DNA of 64,000 nt, taken from contig DASPOJ010000029.1 of assembly GCA_035626055.1 (NCBI GenBank), forward strand, positions 1,174 through 65,173, given 5' to 3'. The notes below the pieces were generated by a model that worked only from the letters and a program-made list of their open reading frames with translations, was not told the origin of the DNA and made no database searches. How positions within the stretch are numbered: position 1 is the first letter of the stretch; every line of letters begins with the position of its first letter. Below are positions 29,063 to 37,500 of the stretch, one piece after another. This stretch comes from Candidatus Methylomirabilota bacterium. GTDB taxonomy: Bacteria; Acidobacteriota; Terriglobia; Acidiferrales; UBA7541. Made by a program: the position numbers and the translations under genes.

Positions 29063-30844
29063 CTACTTCAGATGAAATTCAATCGAGACGCTTGTCAGCA
29101 CATTGACCGGGCGGCCGTTCAACACTGTCGGCGCGTAGCGCCAGTGCTCCACCGCGTCCATGGCGGCCTGCGCCAGCACAGGCTCGCCGGAGAGCACCTT
29201 CATGCCCCGCACCGTGCCGTCCTTGTCGATCTCCAGGCGCAGCACGACCGTACCCTCGATGCCCGCTTGCCTCGCCAGATCCGGATACACCGCCTCCACT
29301 TTGTGCACGAGTTTCTTCTGTTGCGTGTCCGAGTCCACTTCGATCCCGCCCCAAAAGAACTCTTCGACCCGGTCAGTGAGTTGGTCGAACCGGCTTTGAA
29401 ACTGCTCCGGCGCCGCCGGAGGCTGTAGCGGCTCCGGAGGTTGGGGAAGCTCCGGCGGAGGTGGAAAGCCCATCGGCGCTTCCGAATCTGACTGCGCCAG
29501 CATTCTTGTCTGCGCCTCCATTTGCTCGCGCAGTTGATCCATCTCCTGCGCGGCGGTGCGGAAAGCCGCCTGCGCGTCGCTCAATTTCAAAATGATATTG
29601 CCGGAGAGAACGCGCAGGTGAAGCAGTTCGCCGCCGCCGTTCATTTCGCATTCGGCGCGCACGGGACCGCTGCCGGAGACCCCGGGATAGCTGATCTTGA
29701 TGGGGATGTCCGGGTCCGCGACGATGTGGCTCAAGCCACCTTGCGCGACAATCGCGTCGATCGTGACGCTCAATTCACGCGGCAGATACACGATGATGTC
29801 GCCTTGCGTGGAATCCAGTTCCGACGGCGCGACGCCACGGCGGCCCGTTCGTTCCGCCTCGGCGATCCACGCGGTGATGGTTCCGAACGACGTCGAGGCG
29901 CGCAGCGGCCCCTCCGCGTCCGTTAGCATGATGCTGCCGTGGCTCGATTCCACCAACGTGGGGCCGGTCGATCGCGCGATGCGGATTGCGCCGCCGCCCG
30001 TGCGTGCGTGGAGAGAGCCGCTCACTTCGCCGAAACTGACTTGCCCTCCAACGGTCGAGGCGAAGACGTCGCCGCCCGCGCGCCCGATCAGAATGTTGCC
30101 GCCGCCGGTTTCCACTTGCGCGTCTCCGCCAATCGAGCCGACCCGAATATGACCGCCGCCCGTGTGCAGTTCCGCCTCGCCACCGATGTCACCGGCTGTG
30201 ATGTGGCCGCCTTCAGTCGTCGCTCGCAGGCCGCCCGCGACATTGCCCACGACAATGTGTCCGCCTTGCGTCTCCAAGCGAGCTGACAACGACTCTTCAT
30301 CTTCGCCGGCCGAATGGCCGATTTTGCCCGTCGTGATATTCCCCCCGCCGGTCACCAGCACGACCTTGCCATTGATGTCCTGCGTGTCGATGTTGCCGGC
30401 ACGAGTCGAAATTTCGAGGCTGTAGTTTCGCGGAACGTGGATTTCACAGTCCACGCGCACGCTGGCGCGAGCGTCGCGCGGGTCCAACCGGCTCTCAAAT
30501 TGAATGCCGGCCTCGGTCGCGCGGGCCGTGACAATGTACCGCTTCACCACCTCTGTGGCGCTGGCCGGCCGCGCGTCCGCTGCAATGCGGACGCGGTAGC
30601 GGACTTCGCCCGAAGCGTCCGTGAAGACATGAAAATTAGCGAGGTCGGAAGTCGCGCGCAGGCGGAGCCCATCGCGCGTCGGCACGCTCCCGGATCTCTC
30701 AGCGGTTAGTCGGGGAATGTCTCCGGGCTGGCTCGCCCCCCGACGCTCGTGTGCCCCGGCGGGAAGCATGCCGGCCGCAGCGAGCAGAATCCCCAGGCAG
30801 CCGTTTCGGAATAGATGCATACGTGAATGGCTCGGTCGAGACAT
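29063..30844 (-). CDS. Fusion protein: signal peptide, DUF4097/Toastrack-like Gly-rich beta-helix, coiled-coil plus Pro-rich linker, TonB C-terminal domain (module B)
   Basis: Repeats TGGGNITTG, TQGGHIVVG, TEGGHITAG, TGGGHIRVG, TGGGNILIG, TVGGQVSFG, TGGGAIRIA with roughly 18-20 aa periodicity. Linker PPPPELPQPPEPLQPPAAPE. C-terminus KVEAVYPDLARQAGIEGTVVLRLEIDKDGTVRGMKVLSGEPVLAQAAMDAVEHWRYAPTVLNGRPV is typical of TonB_C. Confidence 0.8.
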   Translation of the reverse strand: MSRPSHSRMHLFRNGCLGILLAAAGMLPAGAHERRGASQPGDIPRLTAERSGSVPTRDGLRLRATSDLANFHVFTDASGEVRYRVRIAADARPASATEVVKRYIVTARATEAGIQFESRLDPRDARASVRVDCEIHVPRNYSLEISTRAGNIDTQDINGKVVLVTGGGNITTGKIGHSAGEDEESLSARLETQGGHIVVGNVAGGLRATTEGGHITAGDIGGEAELHTGGGHIRVGSIGGDAQVETGGGNILIGRAGGDVFASTVGGQVSFGEVSGSLHARTGGGAIRIARSTGPTLVESSHGSIMLTDAEGPLRASTSFGTITAWIAEAERTGRRGVAPSELDSTQGDIIVYLPRELSVTIDAIVAQGGLSHIVADPDIPIKISYPGVSGSGPVRAECEMNGGGELLHLRVLSGNIILKLSDAQAAFRTAAQEMDQLREQMEAQTRMLAQSDSEAPMGFPPPPELPQPPEPLQPPAAPEQFQSRFDQLTDRVEEFFWGGIEVDSDTQQKKLVHKVEAVYPDLARQAGIEGTVVLRLEIDKDGTVRGMKVLSGEPVLAQAAMDAVEHWRYAPTVLNGRPVNVLTSVSIEFHLK

Positions 30845-30858
30845 GATTCCGTAAAAGC

Positions 30859-31971
30859 TCAGTGCGCCGGTTCGGGCGCGATCTGGCGCAACGCCGCGGC
30901 GCTCACCATGCGCACGTATTGATTTGGGTCGCTGTCACTGCTTTGGCGCAGCGCGTTGACGATCTCGGGGTCCGGAGCTTCCGTCATGGACTCGGCTTGA
31001 GCGTTGATCACGGTGACCAGTGTGTTCAGAGCTTCGACGCGCACGCCGCAGTTGGTGTCCTTGCGCAGCGCCTCGAGCATCGTTTGCCGGACCATTAGGT
31101 CCTGTCCGAAGCCGCGCAGCGACTCGAGGGCTTTCAGGCGCACCCCTGGATTTTGATCTTCCCGCGCCGCAGCGCACAGGGCGCGCCGCACGTTCGGATC
31201 TCCGGCGCTTGGCCGCAACAAATCCAGAGAATCCAGCAGCACTCCGGGATCGAACCGCTGGCTGTTTGCGACCATATAGGTCAGCACGCGCTGCACTTCG
31301 GTGTCGTCGGCCGCGCCTTCAATTCTCATCGGCCTTTGCGCGTAAAGTTGCAGCTCGACGCGCGGCTCGGACGATTCTGCCGTGCCCGGCGCATCCGCGG
31401 CGCCCGGGGCAGGCTCCCATCGCAGCCCGACCACGCCCACGTTTTGCAATTCCTGGTCGGTGAGCCGCGGCGCCGCATCCACCACCATCGCCGGCTTGAC
31501 CGGCGCGCGCAATGCGATCGCCTGGTACACCATCGGCGCGCCCACTCCGAGCCCAAACCCCAGGAGGAGCAGCAGCACGGCGCTCGGCGCCGGATGCAAA
31601 GCCCACGCGCGCCCAAAATTCCGGAGCCGCGCGACCATCTCGCGCCACACGCGCGAGCGTCCATGTGCGGCGCCAGCTTCCGCGTCGTCCAGCGCCTCCG
31701 CAAGTTCGCTGCGACTCTGCGCCAGCAGCAATTCGGAGCGATCCAGTGCGTCCGCAGGCGCTTCGAGGGATTCGATAGCTTCTTGCAGCTCCTTTCCGCG
31801 TTTCAGCGCCGCGGCGCATTCCACGCAGCCTGCCTGCCCCGGCAGGCCGTTCACGTGCTCATCGATGCTCTTCCGTTCCTCCGCGTTCAATTCGTCGCAG
31901 ACGTAGAGCAACAGTTTCTGCTCCATCTCCGGGCAGGCGCGCGGCGCGCGTGGTTTTTCCCGTTCGCTCAC
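30859..31971 (-). CDS. Anti-sigma factor, zf-HC2 N-terminus, one TM, C-terminal HEAT-like repeat ectodomain (module B)
   Basis: CPEMEQKLLLYVCDEL...HV...CVECAAAL Cys/His cluster, TM SAVLLLLLGFGLGVGAPMVYQAI, and C-terminal repeats NPGVRLKALESL / NCGVRVEALNTL / NQYVRMVSAAAL. The GTG start overlaps the sigma stop (GTGA). Confidence 0.8.
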   Translation of the reverse strand: MSEREKPRAPRACPEMEQKLLLYVCDELNAEERKSIDEHVNGLPGQAGCVECAAALKRGKELQEAIESLEAPADALDRSELLLAQSRSELAEALDDAEAGAAHGRSRVWREMVARLRNFGRAWALHPAPSAVLLLLLGFGLGVGAPMVYQAIALRAPVKPAMVVDAAPRLTDQELQNVGVVGLRWEPAPGAADAPGTAESSEPRVELQLYAQRPMRIEGAADDTEVQRVLTYMVANSQRFDPGVLLDSLDLLRPSAGDPNVRRALCAAAREDQNPGVRLKALESLRGFGQDLMVRQTMLEALRKDTNCGVRVEALNTLVTVINAQAESMTEAPDPEIVNALRQSSDSDPNQYVRMVSAAALRQIAPEPAH

Positions 31972-32651
31972 AACAATCCCTCAAGCTGCGCGCGCAACTT
32001 GCGCGTCGCACGGAACAGCGAGTTCTTCACTGTCTCCTCCGTTGTTCCCAGAGCGTCGCCGATGGCGCGCAGCTTCAATCCCTGGTAATGCTTCATCGCG
32101 AAAACCATTCGTTCCCTCGGTGAGAGTCGCGCGAGCGCTTGTCTGATCCGCCCCGCAAGCTCCTGATTCAGCAGCCGCCGCTCCGGATCGCTCCCGGAAC
32201 GCGTCGCCGTCTGCCGGTCGAAGAAATCCCCCGCGCCTTCCTCACGCACTTGCGCCAAGTATTCGGGCGCTTGGTCTTCCGGGCGGGCCTGCCGGCGCCG
32301 CAAGTGATCCAGGCACACGTTGGTCACGACGCGGTAGAGCCACGTGTAGAAGCTGCACTCGAATCGGAACCGCGGAAGGTTCTTGTAGATTTTCAGGAAG
32401 GCTTCCTGGTAGACATCGCGCGCGTCCTCGGTCTTGCGAAGGACATTCAGCGCCATCCGCAGGACGTCGCGGTCGTAGCGCCGCACCAGCTCTTCAAACG
32501 CCAGCCGGTCGCCCGCTTGCGCGCGTTCGATGACCGTTCTTTCGTCCGCTTCGGCCAGCGTGCGGCAAGTTGCGCGCGCTTCCGCAACCGAGCTTCCGCT
32601 CGAATCCTTCGGGCCGCCTGGCAACTCGAACGCCATTCCTTCGGCCGTCAT
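31968..32651 (-). CDS. ECF-type RNA polymerase sigma factor (module B)
   Basis: Region 2 (AFEELVRRYDRDVLRMALNVLRKTEDARDVYQEAFLKIYKNLPRFRFECSFYTWLYRVVTN) and region 4 (LSPRERMVFAMKHYQGLKLRAIGDALGTTEETVKNSLFRATRKLR). Confidence 0.92.
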   Translation of the reverse strand: MTAEGMAFELPGGPKDSSGSSVAEARATCRTLAEADERTVIERAQAGDRLAFEELVRRYDRDVLRMALNVLRKTEDARDVYQEAFLKIYKNLPRFRFECSFYTWLYRVVTNVCLDHLRRRQARPEDQAPEYLAQVREEGAGDFFDRQTATRSGSDPERRLLNQELAGRIRQALARLSPRERMVFAMKHYQGLKLRAIGDALGTTEETVKNSLFRATRKLRAQLEGLL

Positions 32652-32944
32652 CCTGCTCGCTCTCTATTTGCCCGGGACCGTCGCCGGCATCCAAGACTTA
32701 CGGGCATCCACGGTTCGCCGTAGGCGCCACGATGGACCATGGCTGCCTACGCATGGTCAGATGCCGGTGGGCGCGTCAATGTTAGTTTAGACGCCCGGGC
32801 ACGCTGAGCGTGAGCAGGACCCTCTCTGGAGTAAAGAACGTTCGAGGCCCGGCCATTGTTCCGCCCTCGGGGTTCCCCCCTGAGAAATCGCCCCACATCC
32901 ACGCAAGCTGGGGTATAAAGCTGCCTCACACTGGAAGACCGCAC

Positions 32945-34300
32945 GTGACCCGCCGCCCAAGCGAACACACAGCGAATAACCTACGGACTGGCTCTGCCCG
33001 CAGACTCACACTACTCGGCATGATTGCCGCCACCTACTTCATGGTGGCAGGCGGCCCTTACGGCCTCGAGGATGTCGTCCGCAAGACCGGCTATGCCGGC
33101 TCGATGCTGATCCTGATTCTTACGCCGTTGCTCTGGAGCATCCCAACCGCCTGGATGGTCAGTGAGCTGTCAACGGCTTTACCCGAAGAGGGCGGCTTCT
33201 ACGTTTGGGTGCGCCGGGGCATGGGGCCCTTTTGGGGGTTTCAGGAAGCGTGGCTGACGCTTATGGGCAGCTTGCTCGAAATGGCGCTCTATCCGGTGTT
33301 GTTCGTCGAGTATCTTTCGCGTTTTGCTCCGCGCTTCGCCACGGGCCATGCCCGCATCGCGCTGGAAATTGGAATGATCGTTGCGTGCACAGCGTGGAAT
33401 ATCGTGGGAGCGGGAGCAGTCGGTGAAGGTTCGATTTGGCTGAATTGCATTCTGCTACTGCCCTTTGTTGGGATCATCGCCGTCGCCTTGTTTCGGCGGC
33501 ACGGCTTCGCATCCGCTCCCGCGCCGGTGCGCCACGCGGACCTGATGGGCGGCTTGCTCATCGCCATGTGGAATTACATGGGTTGGGACAATCTCTCGAC
33601 CGTCGCGGGCGAAGTGGATCGGCCGCGGCGCAATTACCCGCTCGCGATGATAGGGGCGGTGGCGCTCGTCACCGCGAGTTATCTCGCGCCCGTCGCCGCG
33701 GTCGCACACACCGGGCTCGATCCCAATCTCTGGACGACCGGCGGCTGGGTGGATGTCGGCAAGCTATTGGGCGGCGAAGGCCTGGCGATTGCCGTCGCCG
33801 TCGCGGGCGTCATCGGCGCATTCGGGACCTTCGGCGCGCTGATGATGTCGTTCACGCGACTTCCGGTCGTCCTCGCCGAAGACGGTTACCTGCCGCGCGT
33901 ATTCACGCGCCGCCATTCGCGCACGCAAGCTCCGTGGGTTGCGATTGTCGCGTGCGCTGCGTGCTGGGCTGCCTTCGTGCCGCTCGGCTTCGAAAAACTC
34001 GTTCTCCTCGACGTGCTCCTCACCGGCCTGAGCATCCTGCTGGAATTCTGGGCACTGGTGGCGCTGCGCATTCGCGAGCCGAATCTGCCCCGGCCGTCTC
34101 GCGTGCCCGGCGGCGTGCCGGGAACGATTCTGATCGGCCTCCCGCCACTTGCTCTGCTGGTGGCCGCGGGCATCCGCAATCGAGGGGAAGCGATCGGCTC
34201 GACCAACGAACTTACAATCGCGGGAATTGCCGTTCTTGCGGGGATCCTGGTCTACTTCCTCAGCCGCGCGCGCCAGTTTGCCCGCGACCGAAAGAATTAG
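32945..34300 (+). CDS. APC-superfamily amino acid/polyamine permease
   Basis: About 12 predicted TM segments. N-terminal MVAGGPYGLE and ELSTALPEEGGFYVWV are typical of the APC family. GTG at 32945 is suggested; the listed ORF begins at 32810. Confidence 0.8.
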   Translation: MTRRPSEHTANNLRTGSARRLTLLGMIAATYFMVAGGPYGLEDVVRKTGYAGSMLILILTPLLWSIPTAWMVSELSTALPEEGGFYVWVRRGMGPFWGFQEAWLTLMGSLLEMALYPVLFVEYLSRFAPRFATGHARIALEIGMIVACTAWNIVGAGAVGEGSIWLNCILLLPFVGIIAVALFRRHGFASAPAPVRHADLMGGLLIAMWNYMGWDNLSTVAGEVDRPRRNYPLAMIGAVALVTASYLAPVAAVAHTGLDPNLWTTGGWVDVGKLLGGEGLAIAVAVAGVIGAFGTFGALMMSFTRLPVVLAEDGYLPRVFTRRHSRTQAPWVAIVACAACWAAFVPLGFEKLVLLDVLLTGLSILLEFWALVALRIREPNLPRPSRVPGGVPGTILIGLPPLALLVAAGIRNRGEAIGSTNELTIAGIAVLAGILVYFLSRARQFARDRKN

Positions 34301-34521
34301 CCGCCGCGGGCCAGCCGAATCGCGCCGTAGATCATCACACACAGCAAAAAATCAATCAGAACGCCCGCGTCCACGCGGAACAGCCGGTGATGCAACACAG
34401 CCGGTAATTGGGGCTCAATCAACAGATAGAAGATGTTGCCCGCGAGGATGGCCAGCACGTACTCGCCCCATCGCCGCGCCGTCGAAACGCGCGTCGGGGC
34501 CCGATCTCGCTCTTCGTTCAT
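34297..34521 (-). CDS. Small (74 aa) two-TM membrane protein, unknown function
   Basis: ATG at 34521 overlaps the stop of the upstream 1169-aa gene (ATGA). High GC3. Hydrophobic segments YVLAILAGNIFYLLI and GVLIDFLLCVMIYGAI. Confidence 0.6.
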   Translation of the reverse strand: MNEERDRAPTRVSTARRWGEYVLAILAGNIFYLLIEPQLPAVLHHRLFRVDAGVLIDFLLCVMIYGAIRLARGG

Positions 34522-37500
34522 TTTGCGGTCTGTCCCGCCGCCCGCCGCCACGCCACAAGCGGCCACGCGAGCAGCAGGACCGCGAAGGCGACAACTCCGA
34601 AGCCGTTGGCATGGAAAAATGGATTCGGCTGACGCAGCAATTCTCCGCCGCTTTCCGCCAACGCCAGCAGCATCAACAGCAGAAAATAGCCCATCAGATT
34701 GAACCGCGCCAATCGCGTCACGCCCAGCCAGAGCACTGCCAGCACCAATAATGTCAGCCCTGCGCCGCGCGCGAACGAGCCCGCGCTCGCATAGCCGCTC
34801 GAGGCCAGCGCCGCCAGCGCGACGACCAGCGCCGCGCGCAGCCATCCGCTTCGCACGCGATCCGCAAGGAATCCGGCCGCGAGCGCCAGCACAGCCGTCA
34901 GCAGGAAGCTGAGAAGCAACGCGCTCGCCACTGCCGATAGCCCCGGCCAGCGGCCATCAAGTGCGCTCGGCACCGAGGCAGGCAGCGAGTGCTGCAACAG
35001 CGGCGCGCGCCAGAACAAAGACGGCAGCTGCCGGAGCCCGGCCAACGCGATCGCTCCGCATACGGCGATGCACAGTGCGTCGCGGTAATATGCGGAGGGC
35101 ATTCCGTTCCACTGCGGCAGGCGGTCTCTCCCGAACGCGCGCGCGAGGAAAAACCACGCGAGACCCAGCACGAAAAACGTCACTGCGTACACTAGCACGC
35201 TCCCAAGCGTGAGCCCAATCGCCACTGTGCCGAAGTAAATCTTCAGTGGAATCTGTGTGTCGTAGAGCGACATGTATTGCGACGAGGAATTGGCGAATCT
35301 CACCACCGCTGCAATCAGCACCCAAACGCTCCATTTGGCCATTCGCCGCCACGTGGCCGCGGACATTTCGGGATCCTTCAGGTTGCAAAAGAAAATGACA
35401 AGCACCGTCACGCCGAGCACCGCCAGCAGGCCGATGAATCCAACGGACTGCGCGGTTCCCGCAAATGTACTCTCGCTCTGTTTGCGTTCCCAGTCCTCGG
35501 GCACGTGCACGAAAATGCGGTAGCCGGACACTTCGTCGCCCTGCACCTCCAATTGCACGCGCACGCGCGCCGGCTCGCTCACGCCCGGAGCCGTTGCCAG
35601 CGGCGCGATCTGCTCCCACACGAAATGATGATCCGTGCGATGCACCTGCTTTTCCGATTCCGCCTCGACAATTTTCCATTCCGATAGATCGAGACGCTTC
35701 TCCTGTCGCAAATAGGATTCCGCTCGCGCCTGGGCGTCCTCCTTTGTCAAGTTCGCGCCCGGAGCGTCCTCGTCTAGCGTGTGATGCACCGAATGCAGCC
35801 CACCGTCGGGCAGCAGCACCACCAGGTATTCTTCCTTCTGCGAATCGCGGAAGTAGCGCACGGCCCAATACGCCAGCGGCACCTGCTCTTCATAGATCTT
35901 GTTCGCGCCGTCAATTCCCACTGCACGCCGCAAGTACTCGTTCGCGGATGGATCGAAGGAGAATGTGGTTGTGGACGCGTGACGATAACTGGCGGGATCG
36001 AGTTTCCGATTGCGCATCACTTGATCCGCCCGCGATTGCGCTTCCTGCGCGTCGATCGAGAAACGCACGAAATTGCCGACCTCGCGCGTCTTCACTTCCC
36101 CGATCAGCACAATTCCAATGAGCGCGCACGCAGCCAGGATGACGAGCTTTCGCGCAGTCAGCGCCTCATAACGCCGCCCCTCGGTCGCCGCCCGCCTCGT
36201 TGCCGCTTCTCCCGCGTCGTGCGCCGGCGCCATTAGCTCGGTAACTTTCTCAGTAGAAACTTCCACCTCCGAACCGGCGGGCGCCGGCGCCTCGGCCGTC
36301 TCCTCAGGCGCAGCCTCGGCTTTCGCTTCCTCCGTCGCGGCGCTGTTCAACATCGCGCCAGCAGGCTCAAAGCCGCCTCGCGCCAAGTACATCACGCCCG
36401 CAAACGCCAACGGGATCAACGCCCCTGCGCCGACCACGGCGCCAGAAACACGGAAATATAGGCTGGACGATCGCAGCAACAGCAGGCTGATCAACCCCGC
36501 ATCCAGTGTGTAGTGCCACACGAGCGTTGTCAGAATCCCCCATCGCAGCATAACGAGTCCCGCCACGATCCCCATCACGCCGATTTCGATCCCGCGGATG
36601 TATGGCGGCTCTTGCGGATAGTTGGAGTGCAGGAAACTCCATGCGAACGCCGGAATCACCACCGCCAGAAATCGCGATTTCGTCAGGCGCTGCAAAAAGT
36701 GTATGGCAAACAGCCGGAACAGAAACTCTTCGCTCGCCGCCGCGTAGAGCCCGATTGTCAGGGGAAAAATCCATGGCGCCACGGTGCTGACCACATTGTC
36801 ATATTGAATGTCCTGCGGCGCCCACGCACCGAATTTCGCCGCCGCCACAATGTAAAACACCACCACGTATCCGATGTGCACGGCCGCCATGCACACCCCG
36901 ATCGCGCACGACCGGAAGAATTCACGCGTCCGGATGCCCGGCAGCCGGCAGAAATATCGCAATCGTACTTGCGACGGCTGCCCCGCGCGGTACAGCGGCT
37001 CGCCCGGCACGACCGCCACCACCACGAGTAGCGCCAAGGCCACTGCGCCCGCTGCGGCCAGCGCAATCTGCGCCAGCACAAAGCTCGGGTACGACGATGT
37101 TGTCTTGTAGCCCGCCAGCGTTGAGGGCCAGTCGTTCAGCGTCATCAGGAAGAACAGCTCTGCCAGAACCCCGCCGACGATCAGCCCGCCCTTCCACTTC
37201 AGCGCTCCTTCGCGGCCCAGCGTGATGATCACCCAGAGGCACGCGCCCAGCAGCAGCCCGTAGGGCAGCAGCGCGATTGTCTCCAGGAAATCATTCTTCG
37301 AACGCAGGCGCTCGAAGTCGCGCTGCCAGGCATCCGGCACTTTCAGAGATTCCGTGTACTTACCGATCCAATCGCCTTCGACCGAGACTTTGAAGCGGTA
37401 CGGCGCGTCCTTCGCTCGAAATCCGTGCCGTTCCCAGGTGAAGTCCCACTCGCTGCGATTCGGATGCTCCTTTGAATTCGCTTCCTCTGGCAAATAATCG

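Noticed and set aside
32693-32718. Possible ECF-type autoregulated promoter (GAACC ... GTCTT on the minus strand) upstream of the module B sigma gene.
   Set aside because: The -35 is only a partial GGAAC match, the spacing of about 15 nt is short, and there is no clear CGT -10. This is not strong enough to call without a TSS or a group-specific consensus.
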